Notes under the pieces: generated by a model
What the model was told of the DNA's origin: nothing
Databases searched by the model: none
Seen by the model: only the letters and a program-made list of their open reading frames with translations
Shown: piece after piece, positions 41,892 through 55,376 of the stretch
Layout of the letters: every line of letters begins with the position of its first letter
How positions within the stretch are numbered: position 1 is the stretch's first letter
Program-made: the position numbers and the translations under genes
Assembly: GCA_951406725.2 (NCBI GenBank)
Contig: OX597815.1
Coordinates: 95,790,001-95,854,000 of the forward strand
Origin: Octopus vulgaris
Lineage: Eukaryota
DNA: 64,000 nucleotides
Direction of reading: 5' to 3'

Positions 41892-42168
41892 TCACACATA
41901 CATATACAAATCTACGCACACACATACATACATACACGTATACGCATACACGCACATACACAAATACATGCGTACCCATACACGTGCACACACGCACGCG
42001 CATCCATATATATACACACACACACATATATATACACGTGTGCAAGCATACATACATACTCATACGCGCACACATACTTACAAATACATATATGCACACA
42101 CTTACACACATATATATACATACACATATACATGCATACATACATATATGCATACATACACACACGCA

Positions 42169-42216
<48 letters not shown>

Positions 42217-42263
42217 TATATACATATATAGATATATATACACATACATACACATACACATAC

Positions 42264-42311
<48 letters not shown>

Positions 42312-42885
42312 ACATACATACATACACACATACATACATATACATACACACACACATACATATATACATATACACTGATACACATACCCATACATACACA
42401 TGCATATACTTATATCACTACATACTCACATATATAAACATATATACATATACACACATACATATATACATGTACATACACATACGTATGCATATATATA
42501 TGTATACATATATATACACACATATATATATATATATATACATATACACACACACACACACATACATATACACATATACCTGTATGTGTATATATGTGTA
42601 TCATTTTTGCGTATGTATACAGGTATATGTGTATATGTATGTGTGTGTGTGTGTGTATATGTATATATATATATATATATGTGTATATATATGTATACAT
42701 ATATATATGCATACGTATGTGTATGTACATGTATATATGTATGTGTGTATATGTATATATGTTTATATATGTGAGTATGTAGTGATATAAGTATATGCAT
42801 GTGTATGTATGGGTATGTGTATCAGTGTATATGTATATATGTATGTGTGTGTGTATGTATATGTATGTATGTGTGTATATATGTA

Positions 42886-42928
<43 letters not shown>

Positions 42929-42993
42929 ATATGTGTGTATGTATGTGTATGTGTATGTATGTGTATATATATCTATATATGTATATATATATG

Positions 42994-43029
<36 letters not shown>

Positions 43030-43503
43030 TATATGAGTGCGTGTGTGTATGTATGCATATATGTATGTATGCATGTATATGTGTATGTATATATATGTGT
43101 GTAAGTGTGTGCATATATGTATTTGTAAGTATGTGTGCGCGTATGAGTATGTATGTATGCTTGCACACGTGTATATATATGTGTGTGTGTGTATATATAT
43201 GGATGCGCGTGCGTGTGTGCACGTGTATGGGTACGCATGTATTTGTGTATGTGCGTGTATGCGTATACGTGTATGTATGTATGTGTGTGCGTAGATTTGT
43301 ATATGTATGTGTGAGTGTGTATATATATATATATATATATACATATATATAGATGGGTGTGTGTATGCGTATAAATGCATGTAAGTATGGATGTATAGAT
43401 GTATGTATGTATGTATACGTATGTATGTGTGTATGTGTGTATGTATATATATGTGTGTGTATATATGTTTGTGTATGTACATATATGTGTATGTATGTGT
43501 GTG

Positions 43504-43545
<42 letters not shown>

Positions 43546-43596
43546 TATGTATCTGTATGTAGGAGTATATATATGTGTGTGTGTATGTATATGCGG

Positions 43597-43628
<32 letters not shown>

Positions 43629-44433
43629 TTATTGGTGTATATGTATAGACTAGCCTCCTAAAGTGGAGACACGAATCTGTAGGTACGAGTACGTATGTGT
43701 ATATACGTGAACGTATGTAGATGTTTGTATGTATGAATATAACGCGTGCGTACGTGTATGTGTATGAGTGTACGAATGGGTGAATGTACGTGCTAATGAG
43801 TGTGCGTGCGGGAATGAGTACTTGCCTTCTAGTAGACAGACAAATGGACATGCAGCCTTTGCCAGGATTCTTAGCCCTAGCGATCAAAGATAACAAAAGT
43901 AATAAATGAAGATAATAAAATTAAAATTAGGGAATGGGCCTGTATTGGATTGTATATATATATATGTATATGTATATTTGTATGTATGTATGTGTGTATG
44001 TGTAGGTATGTATAGGTACACATGTGTATGTGTATGTGTATGTATATATGTGTGTATGTATGTATGTGCACACATGTATATATATGTATGCGTGTATATG
44101 TTTATATATATATATGTGTACATAGGTGTATGTGGGTGTATGTATATATAGGTGTAAATATGTGTATATAGGGAACTAGGTGTGTTGTGTGTGCATGAGT
44201 GTATGTGCGTATGAATATATATTTTTATGTGTATATATGTTTGTGTGGTCGTGGGTATATATATATATATATATATACATGTGTGTATGCGTGCATGCAT
44301 GGGAGTGAGTGTATGCATATATACGTGTGTGTATGTGTAGACAGGTATAGGCATGTGCATGTGTATAAATTTGTATATGTGGGCGGGTGTATGTATGTGT
44401 GTATGTAGATATGTATGTATGTGTGTACATATG

Positions 44434-44478
<45 letters not shown>

Positions 44479-44881
44479 GTGTGTGTATATATATGTGTAT
44501 GTATGTATGTGTGTGTAGATACGTATACATGTGTGTATAGGTATAAGTGAGAATCTCCTTATTTACCTATAACTCTATCCCCCCCCTTTTTATATATATA
44601 TTTTTTTATATATATATTTTATATATATATATTTTTATATATATTTTTTATATTTTTTATTTTTTTATTTTTTTATTTTATTTTATTTTTTTATTTTTTT
44701 ATTTTTTATTTTTTATTTTTTTATTTTTTTATTTATCTATTCTTTCATCTAACTTACCACTGACTCCTTGACCACTCCCCCAAGTATGATATTTTGCGCT
44801 ATGCCTACCCCCAAAAAGTCCCCCACCACCACTCCTTAAACCTGCCTAAATGTATAAATGCTAATACAATTCTTGTTAAAT

Positions 44882-44932
44882 AGCTTCCTGAAGATTTCTC
44901 TTGAATGAAACAGTACTAGTCCTGTAGAAGCT
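44882..44932 (+). ncRNA. Type I hammerhead ribozyme motif
   Basis: agcttc-CTGAAGA-tttctcttgaat-GAAA-cag(tactagtc)ctg-TA-gaagct: 6-bp stem I, intact core, GUA cleavage triplet, palindromic ACTAGT in loop III; stem II is weak. Confidence 0.75.
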
Positions 44933-44943
44933 CCTTCTATATA

Positions 44944-44999
<56 letters not shown>

Positions 45000-45022
45000 A
45001 TATATGTATGTATATATATGCA

Positions 45023-45084
<62 letters not shown>

Positions 45085-45086
<2 letters not shown>

Positions 45087-46580
45087 GTCCGTTGTCCCAG
45101 TTTTCAAAAAAGGATACAAATCGCTTGCCGTGAATTACCGTCCAATCTCACTCACCTCTCATATCATCAAGGTATTTGAGAGGGTGCTGAGATCGCGTAT
45201 GACTCACTTCCTTGAGAGTCATAATATGCTGAACCCCAACCAGCATGGATTCCGTAATGGGAGAGATTGCCTGACGCAGCTACTGCATCATTTTGATGAC
45301 ATTTTGAGAGCCTTGGGAGAAGGTTCCAACACTGATGTTATCTACCTTGATTTCAGTAAGGCCTTTGACAGGGTTGATCATAAGATCCTTCTGAGAACGC
45401 TGTCCAATATTGGTGTCACTGGAAAGTTGCTGCAGTGGATCAAGTGCTTCCTGTCTAACAGAACCCAACATCTTGTAGTCGAAGGAGTCAAATCCAGCCC
45501 AGCCAAAGTCAGCAGTGGTGTCCCACAAGGCACTGTGTTGGGCCCACTTCTCTTCATCATCTACATAAATGATATTACTGATACCATCAAACACAGTAAC
45601 ATCAGAACCTTCGCTGATGACTCCAAGCTCCAGAAGGTCATCAATGGCGTGGATGACCGAATAAACCTTCAGTCAGACCTACTGGCTGTTGTCCAATGGG
45701 CGGAAAAGAATAACATGTTGCTAAATGAAGACAAATTTGAACTGATCCACTTTGGAAGGGAGGACGCTCTGAAACTCCCATACTCTCTTCCTTCTGGAGA
45801 AATTCTTATGGCATCCAACAACATCAGAGACATGGGAGTAACAGTGGACAACAACATAAGCTGGGCTACACATATAAGCAGCAAAGTTGACATGGCCCGC
45901 AGAATGTGTTCCTGGATTCTCAGAACCTTCTAGTCGAGAGATTCCCACGCTATTATCCTTCTCTTCTCCACTTTTGCCCGACCCCACCTTGAATACTGCT
46001 GTCCACTGTGGTCTCCCTACACAAAACAAAATATTATGAGAATTGAAGCTCCCCAAAGGTCAATCACAAAAAAGATAGATGGCATGTCAGACCTTGACTA
46101 CTGGGGTAGACTAGAGAAGCTGAAATTGTATTCACTCCAACGACGCCGTGAACGCTACATTATCTGTATGATGTGGAAAATATTCCACCAGCACTGTCCG
46201 AATGATGTTGGTATCACCTTCAAAATACATCCAAGGCTTGGACCACGTGCCATCCGTCCACAACAAAAATCTAAATCGCATCACATAACGACAATACGGC
46301 ACAACTATTTCACCTCAATTGGACATGCTCTCTTCAACATTACACCAGGGCACGTCAAAAAAGAAACTGACCACACAAAATTCAAGAAGTCTTTGGACAA
46401 ATTCCTTCAAACAGTACCGGACAAACCACCCACACCCGGATATCTCTCCGCAAACAATAACTCTCTGCTCGAATGGGCCTTGGTGCCCAAATCCTGAACT
46501 GAAAGACTTCACCAGGTGGTGCTATTAAGTTAGACATGGCCTGGGCCAATACTGGCCAAAACCTTTCTAAGTTATTCTAA

Positions 46581-46581
<1 letters not shown>
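45085..46581 (+). mobile_element. 5'-truncated CR1/L2-group LINE, RT nearly intact
   Basis: [38 protein letters not shown]; one in-frame TAG at 45931-45933, same frame continues to 46497; short 3' UTR; inserted in (AT)n. Confidence 0.93.
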
Positions 46582-46650
<69 letters not shown>

Positions 46651-46652
46651 AT

Positions 46653-46713
<61 letters not shown>

Positions 46714-46722
46714 TGCATATAT

Positions 46723-46761
<39 letters not shown>

Positions 46762-46765
46762 TATA

Positions 46766-48060
46766 CGAGGGACGTTCAATAAGTAATGCCCTTGACCCAC
46801 TTGCAGTTGATTGATGTAGCTGGAATTTTGTATGTGCAATTATGTATATCTCTACAGATTAAGTAGCAAATTACAGCTCTGAACTGATTGTGGTTTCTGA
46901 TTTGCAGGTGTTTGAACTGAGTCAAGTGCGAAAAGGAGCCTGTTGAGTGCCGAGCAGTGATCCGGTTTTTGTATTTGAAAGGACGCACACCACGGGAGAC
47001 TTCTGATGAAATGAAAATAACTTATGGTGATGATGCCCCATCATCTGACCTTGTAAAACGCTGGCATCGTGAATTCAAATACGCTCGGAACTCTGTGGAA
47101 ACAGCTCCCAGATCTGGGTGCCCCCCCTTCTGCCATTGATGAGGCATCTGTCCGTCAAGTTGAGACTGCCATTTTGGAAGATCGACGCATAACTATTCGC
47201 CAAATAGCCCATGAGGTCCAGATTAGTACCGGGTCTGTGGAAACTATCATTCATGACCATTTGCATACGCAAAAGGTGTCTGCCAGATGGATTCCCAGGT
47301 TGCTCACACCTTTCCAGAAGCAAGAACGCGTCGAGTGCTCGAGGATGAATTTGGGGATGTGCCAAGAAGATGAGTCAAAATTTTTCAAAAGACTGATTAC
47401 ACAGGATGAAACCTGGCTCCATCACTATGATCCAGAGACCAAAGCCCAGTCAATGCAGTGGAAGCACCGGGACTCACCTCCTCCAAAGAAGGCAAGGCTG
47501 CAGCCCTCCGCTGGCAAGGTCATGCTCACAGTCTTCTGAGTCTAGGACCGAGTAGTGATGACAGATTCCCTGGCAATGGGTACCACAATTACAGGAGCCT
47601 ATTATGCTTCACTTTTGAGGAAATTAAGAGAAGCTATCACATTCAAGAGGCAGGGCAAGATCAGCAAAAGCATCCTACTCCTCCTGGACAACGCTCCGGT
47701 CCACAACTCGCTTGTTGCCAGATCAGAAGTACAGGCGTGCGGCTATGAACTCCTCGTCAATCTCCCCTACTCTCTTGACCTTGCACCCTCTAATTTTCAC
47801 CTCTTCCCAGCCATGAAGTTGTTTTTGAAAGGAATGCGTTTCCCAGATGATGCAGCCTTGATTTCTGAAGTCACCTTGTGGTTGGAGGACCAAGCTGGGG
47901 TCTTCTACAAAAACGGTCTCCAGAGCTGCATCAAACAATGAGAGAAATGCGTAATTCTGGGTGGTTCCTATGTAAAAAAAAGACTAATAACTGTGCCAAG
48001 TTTCGTTGCTTTACAGCTATGGGAACTGGGTCACGGGCATTACTTATTGAACACCTCTCG
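46766..48060 (+). mobile_element. Near full-length mariner transposon (irritans/Hsmar2-like TIR), defective transposase
   Basis: ~34-bp TIRs cgagggacgttcaataagtaatgcccttgaccca / tgggtcacgggcattacttattgaacacctctcg; TA on the left, TG on the right; WIPRLL, ITQDETW, LDNAPVH, PYSLDLAPSN split over three ORFs. Confidence 0.93.
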
Positions 48061-48239
48061 TGTATATATATATATATATAGATATATGTGTATAAACACC
48101 AAGCAACGAGGTGGTCACAAGCAGTACAACAGTCCTTCACACTAAACAACTGTCTCATTTGTGATACTATTATGTGCCTACCTACTTGTGCCGTATACAA
48201 ATAAAATACTCCAAGTATATTGGTAGTACAGCATGACCA

Positions 48240-48425
48240 ATTGACGTCCACATTTTCTTAACATTAGGTGCACTGCTGAAACAGATCCTTAACTTATATC
48301 TGTTAAAGTTCTTTTTATATTTGTGTACTCGCGTGCAATGCTTATCAACCAACCTCAGAAACATTTTACCTGCGCATATCCGGACGCTTGATTTAGACAG
48401 TGGCACCTAGAGACCATACCGCACC
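48240..48425 (-). mobile_element. PLE fragment homologous to, and inverted relative to, 48670-48840
   Basis: AGKMFLRLVDKH..FNRYKLRICFSSAPNVKK versus VDKIFLILVDKH on the plus strand. Confidence 0.6.
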
Positions 48426-48429
48426 ATAC

Positions 48430-49560
48430 CGCAAATCGAATGATAAGCTATCTGATACACACCCATAGTGTTCAAAACCTTCTGATACACACCCATAGTG
48501 TTCAAAACCTTAATAAAAGGTATCAGTAAATGGATTTCGATCTTATCTTCAAATACAGATATTTGCGACGCAGCAGCTCCTGCTTACAATCAGGCGCTAG
48601 CGGCCAGCGTGCTCAAGAACCATATAGTATATACACTAGAATCAAGCAACCGTAGAAGGATACGCCACCGCAAGGCCTTATGGTTCGCTCTCCACTTCTC
48701 CCTAAAAGCCAGTACATGCGTAGATAAGATTTTTCTTATTTTGGTTGATAAGCATTCACTGCATCACACATATATAGAAAGATATTTAACAGATATATTT
48801 AAGGAACCCTTTCAGTTGTGCAACCAATGTTAAGAAAAAATTGCTTAGTACTCCTAAACCACGGACAGAGGCAGGCTGTTCATGCAGGATTAGAGATGAA
48901 TGTCCAGTGGACGACCGATGTAACACCGAGGCAACAGTGTACCATGTAAATGTAGCCACAAACAGAAGCAGCACAAATATCAGTAACACCAATGCAAATA
49001 CAGTGACACTCACTGAAATTTACGTCAAATCTTGTGAACACAAAATTAAAATTCGCCTGAACAACTACAGATCTCCTTTCAGGGTTCCGAGAGACGCAAC
49101 ACAATGACACTCGCAGCATACGTATGGCGCCTAAAGCACGATCGTACGCCCTATATCATCATATGGAAATTACTAGAAACTTGTGGACCCTATCGCAATT
49201 GAACAAGACTAAGTAAATTGTGTATGGCAGAAAAATATATTATCCTTATGAACTCACATGAGCCAGGAGGTTACCTGCGATCCACATTTCCGCAAATTTT
49301 TACTTCAAAATTGGAAAACCTAGCTATCGAGCGAAGGAAGCTAACTCGCCCGGCCATAATCTTTTCAGAAGAATATATCTTCAACTATCACCGGCGTTCT
49401 TGTGTTTTTTTTTAAAGATTCTTTCCAGAGAACAGTTATCGGTTAGAGAAACTGAGGCTATGTCTAGATCACATAAGATATGAAACCAATGTTTTTTCTA
49501 AAACTGTTACTAGCAATGATTATAACAATATGAGATATAGTGACTTGTTCATCATCAAGA
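48430..49560 (+). mobile_element. Decayed PLE 3' portion (CxC-x5-C linker, GIY-YIG, C-terminal C-x-LC; possibly Hydra clade)
   Basis: ISILSSN..AAPAYNQALAAS, RHRKALWF, CSCRIRDECPVDDRC..TVY..YVKSCE..IKIRLNNYRSPF, TLAAYVWRLK, LCMAEKYII; 30-bp tandem duplication at 48451-48510. Confidence 0.75.
49444..49500 (+). ncRNA. Hammerhead-like motif (A9 replaced by C)
   Basis: tagagaaa-CTGAGGC-t-atgtct(loop)agatat-GAAA-ccaatg-TT-ttttcta, downstream of the PLE remnant on the same strand. Confidence 0.45.
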
Positions 49561-50670
49561 TTTATATACTGTTATTTGAAAATCACATACAATATGCTAT
49601 TATGGTTTTTATGACCTACGCCTGTTTCCATTGCACAAGTATGGGTAGTTGCACATGCAATCGGGTACGGTTTTCTGTGCAGTTTCTTCATTTGCCAGTT
49701 TGGAAGCGAAATGTATACAGTTAGTTGATTTTTAAGTAGATTCAGTGGGAAATGGTGGTGAAGTGGGCGTGTTTTTGGAATTAAAATCTGTTCTGTTCAC
49801 CCCTGTTTCACACCTGTTGTGCCCAGAGTCAGTGTACTATTTAACAAGTTCAATCTTGATATTACTGTTCGGGCATGCCTGTTTGTATATTGTCGTAGAT
49901 GGGTACCTGACAAACTTATATTTAAGTGTATTGCTTGTCATGCAATTTTTGTTTAGCTATTTATGTATATACAGACTGTGTTCTTTATGTTTGGTAGTAT
50001 AAAGTTTGTAGAAAATATGCCAAGTTGTTTATGGAGGACCATGACGTTTTTGAGCTTAAGTATGCTTTTCTATTTTACCTTTCCCATTTACATGTGGGTG
50101 GGAGTTTGAGCTTAGTTTGCTATACATTTTACTTCTCTATCTAAATAGATTTAAGCGATTAGCCTGTATCACTTTGAAATTTAGAGAGCTGGCTTCTATA
50201 TAGAAGAAAGTCCTAACATCAGAAGTTACATTGCCTCTATACACTGGATTCTTCGTCAAACATTTAGAGTCTAAGGGACTTACTGTATTTCTGTCACAGT
50301 TTTAGAGACCGAATTCCTTTTCCTATTATTTATTCGGCTATAACTCTTGCTATATGTCTCTGCTGATCTCGTTTCTATCCGTGTATCATTTTTTAAAGGT
50401 TTCTATCTAAAGCTGCTTGCAGGCTGCTATATTCTTGCGGTTCCCACTCCCTGACCTGTGGAGGTATCCACTATTGCTGGAGTTGTTTTTCTTTGACTGG
50501 TGGCCCTTAGTTTATTACGCACCCGCACTACAGCGTGTGTGTTATATTCATATTGGTGTTAAAATCATTTCTCTTGTGATTCTGCCCTGTTTTCTGGTTT
50601 GATATTATCAATATTTTGGTTAGTATGTCCGTTTGTTTTAGCTAGTCTGCTATTTTAACCTGTCCTTTGG

Positions 50671-50848
<178 letters not shown>

Positions 50849-51163
50849 ACTTCTCACGTTGTGTGTTGCTATTATCTGAGTTAGGTTACTACTAGTGGGA
50901 AAAGCGAGTCTGAAATTTTGCGAAATGAATATTTTATGTTTTCTTCCTAGATTTGAAAAAGTGCTTCATGATTACGTTGTAAAACAGCTTCGGAATGTTG
51001 GACATTATTTGTTTCCTGAATCCACTATTACACTACAGAGTATTCCTATTAGTTCAAGCATTATTGTGTATTGTGTAGTTGTTAGTGTCAGTACCTTTCT
51101 TCCTGCTGTAGTGGCTGTCCAGTTGTGCGTGGCTTTTGCTAGCTTATTTCATTACATAAGTAA

Positions 51164-51196
<33 letters not shown>

Positions 51197-51519
51197 TGTA
51201 TACATACATACATACATACATACATACATACATACATACATAAGAATGGATATATTTACGAATGTATATCTAACTAGTTATTTTGCCATCTATCTCCCAA
51301 CTATATACATATATATATAAAATTTAAATACTGTGGGTGATAAATTGAATATTAATTTAATATCAATTTAAAACCAGTAGCCTAGCATATAGAAAAATCT
51401 GAAAATTCAGAAAAAATGTAATACATGTGATGAGAGATGCACTTATCGTTGCCACTAAGGGACATAATTGGTTAATCGACAAGCAAATCTGTGGTACTGC
51501 GCAGAATATTTGCAGCAGC

Positions 51520-51521
<2 letters not shown>

Positions 51522-51570
<49 letters not shown>

Positions 51571-51772
51571 ATGCTGCTGCTGCTGCTACTACTACTACTA
51601 CTAGCACTACCACTACTACCACCACCACCACCACTACTACTTCTACTACTACTACCACAACTACAATTACTACTACAATTACTACTACTATTACTACTAC
51701 CACTACCACTACTACCACCACCACTAATACTACTACCACTACTACCACTACTACCACTACCACTACTACAAT

Positions 51773-51804
<32 letters not shown>

Positions 51805-51840
51805 GTAGTAGTAGTAGCAATGGTGGTGATGGTGGTAGTA
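51522..51840. repeat. (ACT)n/(ACC)n trinucleotide repeat
   Basis: Directly visible; source of the poly-T/L/V ORFs. Confidence 0.95.
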
Positions 51841-52646
51841 GTTTTTTTTGCATTAGTAACGATGTTATATTTGTTATAAACACTACAACTAAGACACTCA
51901 ATAATCCATTTTCAAATTGCCTACATATAATGTTTTATAGTAATCGATATACCTGTAATTGCATATAGTTTTCAGATACATGAAAATGGCCAGTGTGAAT
52001 ATTTGGCTGGGCACATTTTTAATTTAGTTAAATCCTCTAGGACATAAAACAAGTTCTATTCCTTTTCGTATATGTCTAAGTCCGGTGTTTACTGGCAATA
52101 AGGTTAGGTAATTGACATGAGATGAGATCTCAATAGGCGTCATCACTAGAGAAAAAGGTTTTTAGTTTTACTTAATGGGAAACTCTTCAATCATCTGATC
52201 CCTTCCGACTCTTGCATAGAGCTGACGTCCAAATTACTTGTTAATTGTGACATCCTGTAAGGGGGGAAACAATTTTGATATATGGAGAATTTATACTGTG
52301 TGGGATTTAATGTACATGTATTTTCCCTATGTTGTTAATATACACGCCACTGGAACCTATGAAGTATTTCTCTTATTTCAATTTTGTTTAAAGTATACAT
52401 ACAAATATATACAATTTTAAATATATGTGATTAAAATTCACAGTCTCACCTCATACAGGAAAAGTCCTCATTACACAAATAAATGACTCAAAGGTTCATA
52501 TATCGATATAAAACTTAATTTACCGACAAATGAAGTCAACACAAGGTGAAATTCATGGTTTACTGTCTGAAACTGATTGACAATTGATTTCAAATCGTAT
52601 TTCCTGGAATCTTGGATGTTCACTATTGTAAATAATACATATTCAG

Positions 52647-53018
52647 TCGCAGACGTGGCTGTGAGGTAAGGATCTTGCTGCCTAAACACAAGGTTCTAGA
52701 TTCAGCCACACTGCGTGGCATGTTGGGCAACTGTCTTCTGCTGTATCCACGAACCGAACAAAGCTTTGTGAGTGGATTTGGTAGGCGGAAACAAATTGAA
52801 GCCCGTCCTGTATATATCTAAATATATCTATATGTGTGTGTATGTGTTTGCACCCCATAACCGCTTAACAACCAGTGTTAGTGTGTTTAGGTCCCCGTAA
52901 CTTCACCAAAAGAGAATGATAGAATAAGTACTAGGCTTTAAGAATAACTCCTCCTGCGGTTGATTGTTCGACTTTTACCATGGCCGCAGTGAAATAACTG
53001 CAGCAGGTAAAAGAATGA
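52647..53018 (+). mobile_element. Diverged tRNA-derived SINE (same family as 10913-11317)
   Basis: gtggctgtgaggtaag..ggttctagattcagccacactgcgtggca..gtgagtggatttggtag..gtccccgtaac..gatagaataagtactaggctt. Confidence 0.8.
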
Positions 53019-54589
53019 AATATTTCAATATTTTCAATGGAAGGCTCCTATACGCTATCTTTCAAATTATAACTAGTTCTATGAAATCACACCTCTCCCT
53101 CCTATATATGATTTTTTAAAGCTTGAAAACATGATAGAATTCAGAGGTTTGAATTTATTTATTTCAGATAATTTCAGTCACGGCTGAACTACAACTGATC
53201 AATAACAGCAGCAACAAAGTAAGACTAGACAGAAAATCTGATTGTTTTCGGCAGATGGCAACTTCATATTTCTTCTTGAAATGTAAATAGGTATCATCAA
53301 CATACCATCGGATATCCGTTGTTATCCACAATGACTACTCAAACTGTTTTATCAAATGTGAATCTCCGTGCTTCACATTCTGCCCCCAGTCTGTGTGACC
53401 CAGCTATGGGTGACGTTGCTTAATATTTTTATGTTGCATCTAACCACATTCTTCTTTCTCACTCTGGGTTTGATATCTGGAATTGCTTAAACAGTTCCGA
53501 CTAGACTTTGTGTTTCTTTCTAACCGAGGAAACCAGTTCTGGATTTCACAGCGACAATATATGCAACATGGTGGTCACGGTAGTTATTTACTGCTAATAA
53601 GAAATCTTTTATCCGTGTTTAATTACTTAAATATTTGTCAGGCAAAACGTATTCCATACTTAGTACTCTATTAAACGTATTGAATTTATATGCATACATA
53701 CAGGCGTAAAACAATACATGTATGCTTATACACGCACTCGCTCACAAACATTCATAACATATACACATACATACCCAAGTATATATATACACACACGCAG
53801 GCAGATACATATGCATGCAGAAACAAACAATATGATGATGTATGATGAAATATTAGAAAGTCAGTAAAGAAGATTGCATAGAATCGTTCTGTCTAATAGA
53901 AAATAGCAACTAATTCTTCCCCAGCTTATACTCTACCTTCTTATAAAACCACTAGACACTGGAGAATATTTAACTCATGCCCTTAAAAAATTCTACATGA
54001 TACCTGGCATATGACCCAACAGGCGTATAAAGAGAATACAACTTCATACTTAGATTTGTGCTATTTTAAATATAAATGTGCTATCTATATATTGAAGTAA
54101 CCCAAGTACCCAATAATGCAGTTTCAGTTTTGCCATTAGACATTTTAAGTAGGCCACTAAATTGCATCTGACTTACCAAAATTTACACCTACTTTCTAAC
54201 GTCTCTCGTTAGCGCTTGCTTATTATGGTACTTTTGTTAATGGAAGTACTGTTCAAATATAATAATCTGTATTATGTTCTCGTTTGTGATCTATTCTTCG
54301 TTTACTTTAAAGGAAATACACAGTTTTTGTACCTTTTAAAATCCAAATTTCCCTACGGCATTACTTTAACTGAAAACAATATGTTAAATTACAAGGAAAG
54401 TGAATGAATGCGGTTTGAAACTTTCAAAAATGTCTGAACACATTCTGAGGAAGTGCGATGAATGCTAATTAAAAGATTTGGTAATATTTTACAGAGAAAT
54501 ATGATCATAGATAAAAATGATTCTAAATAGAAAGGAAAAATGAATGTTAATATGTTAATATACACCAATACTCACACAAAAAGGAGTGG

Positions 54590-54645
<56 letters not shown>

Positions 54646-54700
54646 GTTTGTATATATGTGTGTCTATATATACACATATAGATATAAATATATATGTATA

Positions 54701-54739
<39 letters not shown>

Positions 54740-55343
54740 GTATATATATGCATATATATGTATATATAGATACATAACCATATACACACTCATACAAACA
54801 TGCACATTTATATAGATTAAAATGGATATATATATATATATATATATATAGATAGATAGATATACTTATGTGTATGTGTGAGTGCGTATCTTTTTATATT
54901 TATATATACACACACTGTATGCATATGTACATGTGTGTGTGTGTCTTAAAGGGAGAGGAAAGAGATGAAGGGAAAGCGAAAAATAAAATGGATGAATACA
55001 TTAAGGTATAGAAACAAAAAAAAAGATATAGCGACAGATATGGATATATACACGCACGCACGCATGCACGAACGCACCCATGTACTCACTCACGCACATA
55101 CACATACACTTGTGGATGTACAGAGAACATGATATATTTGAGAGTGTGAAACAGAGAACAAAACCCTTATATTAAATAGGAAGGACATAAGTATTTAAAT
55201 ATGAATAATAAAACTTGAATTATACGATCATATCATTAGCACTGTATTCAGAAAATGGGCTTGCATGAGTTGGAATGAAATAAAGCTGAAAGTGAAATAT
55301 TTAAATTATGCCGATCTTTTAATGAGCGAGAGAGAGAGAGAAA

Positions 55344-55376
<33 letters not shown>

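Larger units (their letters stand above)
40194..44949. mobile_element. Non-coding 4.75-kb palindromic HHR-terminated element (PLE-derived)
   Basis: Arms ~40261-42585 and ~42617-44949 are reverse complements, including unique blocks 41260-41560/43650-43950; ~31-bp spacer; ~67-nt tail 40194-40260 on the left only. Confidence 0.9.

Noticed and set aside
41312-43896. Long ORFs of 492 and 307 aa rich in Y/I/H/T
   Set aside because: These are translations of stop-poor (AT/AC)n repeats inside the palindrome; no domain is present.
51427-51968. Poly-Thr (mucin-like), poly-Leu and poly-Val ORFs
   Set aside because: (ACT)n microsatellite open in several frames; no exon evidence.
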